Source of the DNA: Chloroflexota bacterium
GTDB lineage: Bacteria; Chloroflexota; UBA11872; VXOZ01
Assembly (NCBI GenBank): GCA_964291655.2
Contig: OZ219802.1
Coordinates: forward strand, 128,001-192,000
Length of the DNA: 64,000 nt
Direction: 5' to 3'
Positions 50,686-60,399 of the stretch are shown piece by piece. The notes under the pieces are model-generated. The model made no database searches and had not been told where the DNA came from. It was given only the letters and a program-made list of their open reading frames with translations. Within the stretch, counting starts at the first letter, position 1. Every line of letters begins with the position of its first letter. Position numbers and translations under genes: made by a program.

Positions 50686-52161
50686 GTGCAAATAGAAGAC
50701 CTCATCAGCATCCTGCCCGAAATCATCATCACGGTGGTTGCCGCTTGCGTACTCATGGTGGACGCGTTCGGCGGCCGGCGGACTCATCGCGGCTTGTTGG
50801 GTCTGATTGTGGTTGGGAGTGTAGTCGCGATCCTCGTCACAGTCTTCGTGCGCGCTGACGGCGCAACTGCGTTTAGCGGTACCCTGCTGACAGATGGCTA
50901 CGCGGTATTCTTCAAAGTGCTCTTTCTCGCCATTGCCGCTCTCAGCATCGTGCTGGCGTTTGCGCAGTCGAAAGACGTTCCGTTTGCAGAGCTTGCGGCG
51001 CTCATTCTGTTCGCGACAGTCGGCATGCTTCTGCTGGGCGCAACGGGAGATCTGATCACGCTGTATCTTGGCATTGAGCTCACGTCTATTCCTGTCTACG
51101 TGCTCGTTGCCATCAAACGCGATCGATTCCGCGCGACGGAAGGCGCACTCAAGTATTTCCTGCTTGGCGCGTTTGCCTCCGGAGTTATGCTCTATGGTAT
51201 TGCCTGGCTCTTTGGCCTGACGGGCACAACGAATCTGGCGAATATGGCACTGTACGTGCAGAGCCAAGGTGCGGACAATCCCTGGTTCATGCTTGGACTC
51301 GGCCTCCTGCTTGCCGGTTTAGCGTTCAAAGTTGCTGCCGTTCCGTTCCACATGTGGACGCCTGACGCCTACCAAGGGGCGCCCACCCCGTCCACGGCAT
51401 TCCTGGCGGCCGGCGCCAAAATGGGCGCTATGGCGGGCCTTTTGCGGGTAGTTGTGCACGGACTCGGGCCCTGGCAGGACATGGTAGTGCCCATCGTGAT
51501 CGCGCTAGCCGTCGCAAGTATGATCGTCGGCAACTTTGTGGCCATCTGGCAACGAGACGTGAAGCGCTTGCTCGCGTACTCGTCGATTGCGCACACCGGA
51601 TATATGCTTGTTGCCATCGCGGTAGTGCATGCACAATCCGATGCTGGCGGACTCATGCGAGACGCCGTGGCGGCGATTCTGTTCTACGCCGCGGTGTATG
51701 CCTTGATGACGCTTGGTGCATTTGCCGTCACTTTCGCTGTGGAACGGCGCACCGGCGGCACGGAAATGGAGAACTTCCAAAACCTCGGTCGTTCTTCGCC
51801 TTTGCTGGCTGCTGCTATGGTGGTGTTCATGATCTCGCTTACCGGCATCCCACCGGCCGCGGGATTCTTTGGCAAGCTGTACTTGCTGCAAGTAGCCGTT
51901 AACGGCGGCTTGATTTGGGTGGCTGTCGTCCTTGTGCTGACAAGCACGGTATCGGCGTACTACTACCTGCGCGTTGTCGTTAACATGTACATGGTTGATG
52001 GGCAACCCCGCTTGCTTCCCGTTCCATCTTCCACCGCCATTGGCGCAGTGGTTGCCGTGGGCATCATTGGCACGCTTGTGCTCGGCATCTATCCCGCCGG
52101 AGCCATCGAGTGGGCGCAAGCCGCCTTTGAAGAGGTCGGCAAGCTGGCACTGTCACGCTAG
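50686..52161 (+). CDS. nuoN: NADH-quinone oxidoreductase subunit N
   Basis: EGALKYFLLGAFAS, FKVAAVPFHMWTPDAYQGAPT, KRLLAYSSIAH.GY, SL.GIPP.AGF.GK, YYYLR. Confidence 0.97.
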   Translation: MQIEDLISILPEIIITVVAACVLMVDAFGGRRTHRGLLGLIVVGSVVAILVTVFVRADGATAFSGTLLTDGYAVFFKVLFLAIAALSIVLAFAQSKDVPFAELAALILFATVGMLLLGATGDLITLYLGIELTSIPVYVLVAIKRDRFRATEGALKYFLLGAFASGVMLYGIAWLFGLTGTTNLANMALYVQSQGADNPWFMLGLGLLLAGLAFKVAAVPFHMWTPDAYQGAPTPSTAFLAAGAKMGAMAGLLRVVVHGLGPWQDMVVPIVIALAVASMIVGNFVAIWQRDVKRLLAYSSIAHTGYMLVAIAVVHAQSDAGGLMRDAVAAILFYAAVYALMTLGAFAVTFAVERRTGGTEMENFQNLGRSSPLLAAAMVVFMISLTGIPPAAGFFGKLYLLQVAVNGGLIWVAVVLVLTSTVSAYYYLRVVVNMYMVDGQPRLLPVPSSTAIGAVVAVGIIGTLVLGIYPAGAIEWAQAAFEEVGKLALSR

Positions 52162-52267
52162 ACTACGAGCCTCCTCACTCCCGGATGCCTCTGGTCTGGC
52201 CCACCACTGTTTGAGCCTCATGGCACGTGGCAGCCGCGCATCGTCTGGTATCATAGAAGACACACGA

Positions 52268-52342
52268 GCCCCCATAGCTCAGTGGATAGAGCACTGGCCT
52301 CCGGAGCCAGGAGCGGGCGTTCGAGTCGCCCTGGGGGTACCA
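52268..52342 (+). tRNA. tRNA-Arg(CCG)
   Basis: Acceptor GCCCCCA/TGGGGGT followed by ACCA, D-arm GCTC..GAGC, anticodon stem CTGGC/GCCAG with loop CT-CCG-GA, T-arm GGGCG-TTCGAGT-CGCCC. Confidence 0.97.
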
Positions 52343-52439
52343 AGACATCCATCTAGAGTGCCAGGTACATGCACGCATTTTCTCTTGACCTAGAAGGCTG
52401 ACTACCTTCCAGTACCGAGGCGAAACTTGCCTTCTATGC

Positions 52440-53102
52440 GTGAAAGCGGGGTGCATCGTGAATGCAGCCGAACCAGGGCAAATCATCATCCTGAACGGCG
52501 CGCCGCGATCGGGCAAGTCGAGCATCGTCCAGGTGGTCATGGACACATTTGATGGAGTGTGGATCAACCTTGGCGTAGATTGCTTCAAGCAGCAAACATC
52601 CCAGCGCTACAGTCCGGGCATTGGCCTTCGTCCCGGTGGAGTACTGTCAACAACGATCGAACCTCTCGTTCCGGTGCTGTATGCGGCCATGTACGAGTCT
52701 ATCGCTGCCCACAGCCGGCTGGGCGTAAACGTCGTTGTGGACGTTGGCCATCACGACGCGTATGCGGAGCCACGCGGCATCCTTTTTGCTAGCGCACGGC
52801 GTCTAAGCGGCTTGCCCGTCTTGTTTGTGGGAGTTCGTTGTCCTGTTGACGTGATCGTGGAGCGACGACAAAAGACGTGGGACCCAAGTCGGGGACTGGA
52901 CGAGCTCATTCAACGCTGGCAGCGTGAAGTCCACATTCCGGGCATCTATGACATTGAAGTCGATACTTCACGATGTTCTCCTCAGGAGTGTGCAGGTAAG
53001 ATTCGACAGTTCCTTGAAGAGCGTCCACGACTCTCGGCATTGGCTCAACTTGCCGAGATGCAACCGGACAACGGCAATTCAGTGTGTGAAGCAGCGAAGT
53101 AA
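52440..53102 (+). CDS. Chloramphenicol-phosphotransferase (CPT)-like P-loop kinase
   Basis: GQIIILNGAPRSGKSSI, LGVD, G.NVVVD, VLFVGVRCP, VH....YDIEVDTS..SP.ECA. True start may be GTG 52458. Confidence 0.85.
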   Translation: MKAGCIVNAAEPGQIIILNGAPRSGKSSIVQVVMDTFDGVWINLGVDCFKQQTSQRYSPGIGLRPGGVLSTTIEPLVPVLYAAMYESIAAHSRLGVNVVVDVGHHDAYAEPRGILFASARRLSGLPVLFVGVRCPVDVIVERRQKTWDPSRGLDELIQRWQREVHIPGIYDIEVDTSRCSPQECAGKIRQFLEERPRLSALAQLAEMQPDNGNSVCEAAK

Positions 53103-53171
53103 TCGTCAGGTCAGTGTGCCCTTTCCAAGCTTCACCTTCGCTTCTCCTCCGTAGACGTTTTGTGATAGGAA

Positions 53172-53882
53172 ATGAGCCAGAAACACAAGAACATCGTCTC
53201 AGTCCACGAAATCAGCAAGTCCTATTTCGACCAAGGCGAGCAGCGCGTTGTATTGAATAACGTGAGTTTGGAGGTCAGCGGCGGCGAATTCGTCGCCGTC
53301 CTGGGAAGTAGCGGCAGCGGCAAGACAACCCTTCTGCACCTTATCGGCGGGATTGATACACCCGATAGCGGCTCTATCACCATTGAAGGAAACGAGCTCA
53401 CCGCTCTCAGCGATACCGGCCGCACGCGCTTTCGCCGGCGTCACGTTGGCATGGTATTCCAGCTTTTCAATCTGATTCCCACGCTCACCGTATGGGAGAA
53501 CGTGCTCCTGCCGGCCGAGCTTGAAGGCGCAGTCGACGCCAAGCTCAAAGGCCAGGCAAGGGCATTGCTTGAGCGCGTGGGTCTCGCCGACCGCAAGAAT
53601 ACATTCCCGGACCGTTTGAGCGGCGGCGAGCAGCAACGCGTGGCCATTGTGCGCGCGCTGGCGCACCAGCCGCTCGTCGTGCTTGCCGATGAGCCAACTG
53701 GCAATCTCGACGCTGAGAACAGTGCGCGCGTGCTTTCACTCTTGCTCCAACTGACCCAAGAAGCCGGACGCACATTGCTGATGGCCACGCACGACCATGA
53801 GATTGCGCGTCAGGCCTCCCGTGTCTGCCGGCTTCACGCCGGTGCGCTCACTCTTCATTCCACCGTGACTGCCGCATTCTAA
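53172..53882 (+). CDS. ABC transporter ATP-binding protein, LolD/MacB type
   Basis: [48 protein letters not shown]. Confidence 0.95.
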   Translation: MSQKHKNIVSVHEISKSYFDQGEQRVVLNNVSLEVSGGEFVAVLGSSGSGKTTLLHLIGGIDTPDSGSITIEGNELTALSDTGRTRFRRRHVGMVFQLFNLIPTLTVWENVLLPAELEGAVDAKLKGQARALLERVGLADRKNTFPDRLSGGEQQRVAIVRALAHQPLVVLADEPTGNLDAENSARVLSLLLQLTQEAGRTLLMATHDHEIARQASRVCRLHAGALTLHSTVTAAF

Positions 53883-53885
53883 GCC

Positions 53886-56453
53886 ATGAATCTTGCGATC
53901 GTCTGCCGTCTCGCCTATCGAGCGATGGAACGGCGCGTGCTGCAGAGTGCGTTGTTTGTCTTTAGTATTGTGGCCGGCGTCGCGTTAGTGGTGGGCGTTG
54001 ACGTCGCCGCCGAGTCGTCGCGACGTGCGTTCTCGCTAAGCGTTGCCAGTCTCCAGGGCAGCGCAACCCACGAAATCGTGGGAGGTCCCAGCGGGGTTCC
54101 TTCCGCGCTCTACCGCGACCTGCGAGTCGATCTTGGCATCCGCACTGCTGCGCCGGTCGTGCAAGGCACTGTTCGCGTGGGCGAAAATGACGCCGCGCTC
54201 ACGCTGCTGGGCATCGATCCTTTCGCAGAATCTCATTTTCGTCAGTTCCTCGTCGGCGCGTCCACGTCGGACGCTGACAGCGTTGAGAGTCTGGCGTTGC
54301 TTCGACTCTTGACCGAGGCAAACACCGTACTGGTCTCACAATCCGTAGCTGCACGGCTTGACATTGAACCTGGAGATCAGCTCGAGATCCACACGGCGCA
54401 GGGGTGGCGGAGTGTCACCCTTGTGGGCGTCATTCGACCCTGGAATGAGCTGAGCGAGCAGGCGCTCGCCTTCTTGATTGTCTCTGACATTGCCACTGCG
54501 CAAGACATCGTAGGAAGTCCGGGAGCACTAACCCGTATCGATCTGATGCTCTCCGACCCTCAAACGCTCTCCCGCATTCAAGATTCGTTGCCACCGGGAA
54601 CTGTCGTGAGGACAGTAGCAAGCAACCAGAACAACCTAGAGCAGCTAAGCGGCAGTTTCACACTCAATCTACAGGCGCTCAGTCTGCTCGCACTCGTCGT
54701 CGGCATGTTTCTTGTCTATAACATTATGTCATTCAGTGTTGTACAGCGGCGCGTGCAAATCGGTATGCTGCGCGCGATTGGCGCCACGCGCCGACAGATC
54801 TTCGCAACCGTCCTCATTGAGGCGCTCGTCTTCGGCATGCTTGGCACGGTGCTCGGTCTGGCTGTTGGCTATCTGCTGGGTGGACTCTTAGTTGGAGCGG
54901 TTGCCCGCACCATCACCGACGTCTACTATCGAGTTGAGGTCCAGGTACTGACACTCTCGTCGTTCACGGTCGCCAAAGGCGTGATCACGGGGCTAGTTGC
55001 GAGCTTGGGCGCGGCACTGCTCCCCGCCCTAAATGCCACTCGCATATCGGCCGCGAGCGCTCTCCGCAGCATCGACGCCGAGCAGGCGACGCGCTATCGC
55101 GTTGATTTTGCCGCGGCTACCGGTCTTGTCGTATTGGCTGCCGGCTTCATTCTGACCAAGTTGCAGACGCAGAGTCTGTATTTTGGCTTTGGCGCGCTCT
55201 TCTTGGTCCTCATGGGCAGCATTCTCTTCACGCCGGCGGCTCTCTTCGTGTGCATGCGCGCTGTGCAGCCCATTACAGGCCGCCTATTCGGCACACTTGG
55301 GGCTATGGCGCCGCGATCCATCAACCGATCGCTGAGCCGGACCGGTGTTGCGGTGGCGGCATTGGCGCTGGCAGTGAGCGTAATTGTCGGTGTTAGTGTG
55401 ATGATTACAAGTTTCCGAGGGACGGTAACGACCTGGCTCGACGGCGCATTGACCGCCGATGTCTTCATTTCCGCGCCAACAAGCGGCTTGCTCGAAACAA
55501 TAAATCTCGATCCAGGGCTGGCGGAGCAACTCCAACGTGTGCCTGGCGTAGCCAGAGTCCTAACGGCGCGCGACGTACCGGTGCTCGCACCGGACTACCC
55601 TGACCTGCCGCCGGTAAATCTTGTCGCGGTAAGTGAGGACCTGGCCGACCGCTCGCGCCGGTATCTGTGGCTTTTAATGCCAAGGGAAGACGTCTGGGAT
55701 GCCATGGAAGATGGGGCCATTGTCGTTACGGAGTCGTTCGCCTACCGCCGCGGCATTACACCTGAGAAGAGCACGCTCACGCTCCTCACCGACGCCGGTC
55801 CTCAAAGCTTCCCTGTAGTTGGCGTGTACCAGCACTATGGATCCGATCAAGGGATTGTGCTCATGGCAGCGTCCGTCTATCGCAAACTCTATGCCGACCC
55901 GTGGGTGTCAACCTTCGCGCTTTTTCTGACGCCCAATGCACGCAGCGAGAACGTTGAGGAGAGCGTTCGCCTGGTGGTTGCTGAACAAGGTCTGACCGTT
56001 CAGAGCACGCGCGAGTTGCGGACTCAAGTCTTCGCCATCTTCGACCGTGCATTCAGCATCACTGCCGCCTTGCGCAGCCTGGCTGCTGTTGTTGCCTTCA
56101 TCGGCATTCTGAGCGCCCTCATGGCCCTGCAAATGGACCAGAAGCGCACATTCGGCACGATGCGAGCCCTCGGCCTCACGGGGGGACAACTATGGAGGCT
56201 TACACTGCTGGAAACAGGGCTGATGGGACTCGCTGCGGGTCTCTTTGCGCTTCCAATCGGCTTGCTGCTGGCAAAGATGCTCATCGACGTTATAAATGTG
56301 CGCGCGTTTGGTTGGACATTTGCATATCTTGTTCCGGCGGGTTCTCTGCTGCAAGCGGTATTCATTGCCATGACAGCGGCTTTGCTGGCGGGAGCATACC
56401 CGGCATGGCGCGTTGCCCGTCTCACTCCGGCAGAGGCAATTCGCAATGATTAG
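53886..56453 (+). CDS. FtsX/MacB-type ABC permease, duplicated (AttF/AttG-like)
   Basis: Two MacB-periplasmic plus FtsX units (SVVQRR.QIG.LRAIGAT; G.MRALGLT..QL; YPAWR). Confidence 0.9.
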   Translation: MNLAIVCRLAYRAMERRVLQSALFVFSIVAGVALVVGVDVAAESSRRAFSLSVASLQGSATHEIVGGPSGVPSALYRDLRVDLGIRTAAPVVQGTVRVGENDAALTLLGIDPFAESHFRQFLVGASTSDADSVESLALLRLLTEANTVLVSQSVAARLDIEPGDQLEIHTAQGWRSVTLVGVIRPWNELSEQALAFLIVSDIATAQDIVGSPGALTRIDLMLSDPQTLSRIQDSLPPGTVVRTVASNQNNLEQLSGSFTLNLQALSLLALVVGMFLVYNIMSFSVVQRRVQIGMLRAIGATRRQIFATVLIEALVFGMLGTVLGLAVGYLLGGLLVGAVARTITDVYYRVEVQVLTLSSFTVAKGVITGLVASLGAALLPALNATRISAASALRSIDAEQATRYRVDFAAATGLVVLAAGFILTKLQTQSLYFGFGALFLVLMGSILFTPAALFVCMRAVQPITGRLFGTLGAMAPRSINRSLSRTGVAVAALALAVSVIVGVSVMITSFRGTVTTWLDGALTADVFISAPTSGLLETINLDPGLAEQLQRVPGVARVLTARDVPVLAPDYPDLPPVNLVAVSEDLADRSRRYLWLLMPREDVWDAMEDGAIVVTESFAYRRGITPEKSTLTLLTDAGPQSFPVVGVYQHYGSDQGIVLMAASVYRKLYADPWVSTFALFLTPNARSENVEESVRLVVAEQGLTVQSTRELRTQVFAIFDRAFSITAALRSLAAVVAFIGILSALMALQMDQKRTFGTMRALGLTGGQLWRLTLLETGLMGLAAGLFALPIGLLLAKMLIDVINVRAFGWTFAYLVPAGSLLQAVFIAMTAALLAGAYPAWRVARLTPAEAIRND

Positions 56454-57621
56454 ATCTTATGTCAAGAACAAATTGGTTTGGTTTTTCCTTCTAACTGCTG
56501 TGCTCGCGCTGCTCGCCTTTGTCATAGCGCGAGTTTCAACCAGGCCGGTTGACCCCATTGGCGCAGAGACCGTTTTGCTTCCACCTCGTCTCGATGCCGA
56601 CGGCTTCGCGCGTGCCGTGGGACCGTGGCAGTGGGACTTCCCACGGGACCACGGGCCGCATCCGACGTTCCAGACGGAATGGTGGTACTACACGGGAAAT
56701 CTGACAACGGCCGAGGGTCGACGATTCGGGTACCAATTCACCATTTTCCGCCGAGCCCTGACCCCCACCCTGCGAGATTCGCGGTCTGAATGGAACACGA
56801 ACCAGGTCTTCATGGCGCACTTCACGGTAAGTGATGTGGCAGACGGCACATTCTACCAGGAAGAGCGGTTTAGCCGCGGGGCGATCGGCCTTGCCGGCGC
56901 AGAGTCACTACCGCGCTTCCAGGTTTGGCTGGACGACTGGACGGTGACTGCAGCAGATGATTCTGCGGCGCAAATGAACATTCGAGCCAAGGCAAACGGC
57001 TATGCCATCGACCTGCTGCTCACGACTGCAAAGTCGCCCGCCCTGCATGGCGACAATGGCCTGAGCCAAAAGGGGCCCGAGCCCGGTAATGCAAGCTACT
57101 ACTATTCCCTGACACGCATCGAAACGACCGGCACGGTGGCAATCGGCAACGAAGAGTTCGCGGTTAGCGGCATGAGCTGGATGGACCGCGAGTTCGGCAC
57201 CAGCGCACTGAGCGTGGGGTCCGTAGGCTGGGACTGGTTTGCCGTGCACCTTAGCGACGGCCGCGATATCATGGTGGGCCAAATTCGGCGGCAAGACGGC
57301 AGTGTTGAGCCCTTATTTGGCGGCTTGCTGGTCATGCCGAACGGGCAGACTCGTTTCCTGCCATCGGAAGCGTTCACCATCAGGCCGATCGGCAGTTGGC
57401 GGAGCAGTCGCAGTGGCGCAACGTATCCTGCTGGATGGGAAATTACGATAGACTTCGATAACAAGCCCTTGCAACTCGTGCTGGAACCGCTTCTCGCAGA
57501 TCAGGAGGTCTTGAGCAGCGTGACGTACTGGGAAGGCGCCGTGCGCGTAAGCGGGGACGCTGAGGGCTACGGTTATGCAGAACTCACAGGGTATGCTCAG
57601 CCCCTGCGAGGCCTCTTCTAG
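56446..57621 (+). CDS. AttH/CrtC-like lipocalin-fold protein
   Basis: FPRDHGPHP.FQTEWWYYTGNL, SYYYS, WMDREF, GWDWF, YWEG.V, GY.ELTGY. Start at ATG 56446, overlapping the permease stop. Confidence 0.9.
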   Translation: MIRSYVKNKLVWFFLLTAVLALLAFVIARVSTRPVDPIGAETVLLPPRLDADGFARAVGPWQWDFPRDHGPHPTFQTEWWYYTGNLTTAEGRRFGYQFTIFRRALTPTLRDSRSEWNTNQVFMAHFTVSDVADGTFYQEERFSRGAIGLAGAESLPRFQVWLDDWTVTAADDSAAQMNIRAKANGYAIDLLLTTAKSPALHGDNGLSQKGPEPGNASYYYSLTRIETTGTVAIGNEEFAVSGMSWMDREFGTSALSVGSVGWDWFAVHLSDGRDIMVGQIRRQDGSVEPLFGGLLVMPNGQTRFLPSEAFTIRPIGSWRSSRSGATYPAGWEITIDFDNKPLQLVLEPLLADQEVLSSVTYWEGAVRVSGDAEGYGYAELTGYAQPLRGLF

Positions 57622-57649
57622 ACCTCTTGCAATTCCGTGCGATCAAAGT

Positions 57650-59080
57650 TCAGCCCTCCGGGGTTTGCTCACTCTCCTCGGCATCAGGCATTGCCTGAGC
57701 GGTGCGTGCTGGCTGTTCCCGCATTCGGTCGCAAAGCTCTTGCTCAAAACCAACAGTGCCGGGCTCATAGTAGCGTTGGCCCTCTAAAGGCGTAGGCAGG
57801 TACACTTCCGCTACCCAACTCTCATCGTACGAGTGGGGGTACCTGTAGTCTTTACCATGGCCAAAGGCAGCCATCAGCCCTGTTGGCGCATTGCGCAAAT
57901 GGAGCGGCACGCTGAGGTTCCCTGTCTCCTGAACAGCCTCCCGCGCCGCAGCATACGCCCGCAACGCCGAGTTGCTCTTGGGCGCCGTGGCGAGATAGAG
58001 CGTAGCCTGAGTGAGTGGGTAGATCCCTTCCGGCATGCCGATGAAGTGGACGGCTTGCTGAGCAGCCACAGCGACGCTGAGCGCATTGGGATCGGCGAGC
58101 CCAATGTCTTCCGATGCCAGGATCACTATCCGCCTCGCGACGAAATGCGGTTCTTCACCACCCTCTAGCATGCGTGCGAGCCAGTAGACTGCTGCATGGG
58201 GATCGCTGCCGCGAACGCTTTTGATGTACGCTGAAATAAGATCGTAGTGAAAGTCCCCCTTCTTGTCATGGGGGAGCACCCGCCGCTGCAACGCGCTCGC
58301 AATGTCGCCTTCAGTGATAGTAAGCTGGCCGCCGTCGTCCGCCTTGGCAAGCGTAACGGCGAGTTCGAGGGTATCCAGAGCCACGCGGGCGTCGCCATTC
58401 GCCATGCGCACAAGATACGCGAGGGCTTCCGGTTGCGCAGCCGCTTGCTGCTTGCCAAGTCCACGGGTCGTGTCTTCCAAGCTCCGAGTCAACAGGGTCA
58501 TGATCTCACCATCGGTGAGGGGTTCGAGCTTGTAGACCCGTGCGCGCGAGAGGAGGGGAGCGTTGACCTCGAATGATGGGTTTTCCGTCGTCGCTCCAAT
58601 CAGCGTAACCGTGCCGTCCTCTACGAAGGGCAGGATGGCATCCTGCTGGCTCTTGGAAAAGCGGTGAATCTCATCGATAAAGAGGATCGTGCGCTGGCCG
58701 GTGAGTTCAAGCCGCGCCTGGGCTTCCTCCACGACTTTGCGCAAGTCGGCGACTCCGGCGCTCACCGCACTGATGCCGGAGATCTTGGCCCTGGCGGTAC
58801 GGCCGATGATAGCTGCCAAAGAGGTCTTGCCTGATCCCGGCGGCCCCCAAAGAATCATCGATGGGATACGGTCCACCGTGATCGCCTGCCTGAGCACGCC
58901 ATTCTCACCAAGAAGGTGAGCCTGTCCCACGTATTCGTCTAACGTCAACGGACGCATGCGCGTGGCCAGGGGCACAGTAGCAGAGCTTGAACTTGTACGA
59001 GGAGATGCCGTTTCTTTGCCGGTATTCGCTTCCGCAAAGAGCGACGGGTGAAGATTCTCCTGGGGCGGCCGTCGTTTCAT
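57650..59080 (-). CDS. rarA: Replication-associated recombination protein A (RarA/MgsA)
   Basis: [63 protein letters not shown]. Confidence 0.96.
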   Translation of the reverse strand: MKRRPPQENLHPSLFAEANTGKETASPRTSSSSATVPLATRMRPLTLDEYVGQAHLLGENGVLRQAITVDRIPSMILWGPPGSGKTSLAAIIGRTARAKISGISAVSAGVADLRKVVEEAQARLELTGQRTILFIDEIHRFSKSQQDAILPFVEDGTVTLIGATTENPSFEVNAPLLSRARVYKLEPLTDGEIMTLLTRSLEDTTRGLGKQQAAAQPEALAYLVRMANGDARVALDTLELAVTLAKADDGGQLTITEGDIASALQRRVLPHDKKGDFHYDLISAYIKSVRGSDPHAAVYWLARMLEGGEEPHFVARRIVILASEDIGLADPNALSVAVAAQQAVHFIGMPEGIYPLTQATLYLATAPKSNSALRAYAAAREAVQETGNLSVPLHLRNAPTGLMAAFGHGKDYRYPHSYDESWVAEVYLPTPLEGQRYYEPGTVGFEQELCDRMREQPARTAQAMPDAEESEQTPEG

Positions 59081-59165
59081 TGCTCTTTGCGCCTACCTCC
59101 ACGACTCGCTTCTGTGCACAGGGTGGCGTTAGCGGATAAATGGGAGTAAGGGACCGTTGGATGGC

Positions 59166-59666
59166 CTAGCGAACAAATCGCTTCAATACCGTGCGTAGCG
59201 CGTTTTCCTTTTCGGAAGGGATGTACAGCTTCTGCTTTAGGGGGCGCTCTCCCTTCCCTTCAAGGAGGACGGTGCCGTTCTCAAATTCGTAGCGGCGATA
59301 GTTTTCCCACTTGTGGGCCTGACCGTTGCTAAGCGAATACCCCTCGGTCGTAAAAATGTAGGCTATGGGCACGATAGCGGCAATTACGACTGCCAACATG
59401 ATCATCAACTCAGTGCCCGGAAGCATGAATGAGAACTGAATCCCCGAAATGGGTATCTGGTTTACGAAGAGAAGAAGGAGAAGGGGGATTAGCGTGGGGC
59501 GAAAGACGAGCACTTTTTCGCGAATGCCAAGACGGATTTTCCCCAAGGGTTTTCCCGGTCGTTTTGGGGCAAATGGCAGGTAGATGCGCAGATACAGCAG
59601 CGCCAGCAAGAAGCTGGCGAGAGACGTGCCAATAATCTGAGAGAGTGTGGTGCCTTGATCAAACAT
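59166..59666 (-). CDS. Hypothetical membrane protein (three TM segments plus short soluble C-terminal domain)
   Basis: Hydrophobic segments, plausible composition, co-oriented with its neighbours. Confidence 0.6.
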   Translation of the reverse strand: MFDQGTTLSQIIGTSLASFLLALLYLRIYLPFAPKRPGKPLGKIRLGIREKVLVFRPTLIPLLLLLFVNQIPISGIQFSFMLPGTELMIMLAVVIAAIVPIAYIFTTEGYSLSNGQAHKWENYRRYEFENGTVLLEGKGERPLKQKLYIPSEKENALRTVLKRFVR

Positions 59667-59765
59667 AATCTAATCGAAGAATTGCGCACCCTGTAGTGGG
59701 CATCCCGCATGCAGTTGGGGCCTGGGGGGCAAGTCCAAATTCCGCCGTGAGGTGAATCACATCAA

Positions 59766-60155
59766 TCATCGCAGCACAATAGTCAGAGCTACCAAAATCA
59801 CCACCATACCCAAAGAGAGCAAGCCGATCCGCGTCAGGTCTCCTCGAATGTGATCAAGTTCCTCAACGGGCAGGTCGACAATTTGTGATCGCTTGCGGCG
59901 AGTAGGCCAAGCCGAACTCGCAGCAGCAGTAGATCCCGGCGATTGCGCGGAATCCAGCGCAACTTCATTCGCTTCAGATGGTCCCATAGAGGACTCTGCG
60001 GCCACAGCGGTGGCAGCCTCACTGCCCCTCGCTGCCAGTCCGTCCCCGTCTTGCGGGGGCCGAATGGCGTTTGGCGAACGCGGCTCCCTCGTTGCACTGC
60101 GGGATCGTGCCGGTTTCCGCCGCTGGCTGTTCGATCTTCGTCGCTTTCGCGCCAT
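59766..60155 (-). CDS. Small protein with basic N-terminus, low-complexity linker and C-terminal TM helix
   Basis: MARKRRRS..., C-terminal DHIRGDLTRIGLLSLGMVVILVALTIVLR. Confidence 0.65.
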   Translation of the reverse strand: MARKRRRSNSQRRKPARSRSATREPRSPNAIRPPQDGDGLAARGSEAATAVAAESSMGPSEANEVALDSAQSPGSTAAASSAWPTRRKRSQIVDLPVEELDHIRGDLTRIGLLSLGMVVILVALTIVLR

Positions 60156-60333
60156 GTTCTCAGGGCTCTCTCTGAAATTAACCGATCTTCATCGACTGTT
60201 CATGGTCTGCAGGATCTCAAGTATCGAACTAACCGTACGAGTGCGATACCCCGGTCCGCATCGCCTCTCAAGCATCCGAGCAGCGACCGCCCACGATCTG
60301 AATAAGGCTGGCTGCCCTGCGGAACCAATCCCA

Positions 60334-60341
60334 ATTATACA
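60334..60341 (-). promoter_or_regulatory. -10 promoter element (TGTATAAT)
   Basis: Minus strand ATGCCG-17nt-TATAAT. Predicted +1 near 60327. Confidence 0.5.
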
Positions 60342-60399
60342 GGGTCTCAATGGTTTCGGCATTGGATGGCCCGGAGAATTTACCATTCCGGGCGGATGC

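Noticed and set aside
47219-52161. Complex I with a duplicated NuoM ('2M' type)
   Set aside because: Only one nuoM is present between nuoL and nuoN.
52440-53102. Chloramphenicol resistance gene
   Set aside because: Family membership alone does not establish the substrate, and many CPT-like kinases are uncharacterised.
56446-57621. Carotenoid 1,2-hydratase crtC
   Set aside because: No carotenoid genes nearby. The ABC-coupled context fits AttH-like proteins.
52268-57650. Genomic island integrated at tRNA-Arg
   Set aside because: No integrase, and I found no duplicated tRNA 3' end downstream.
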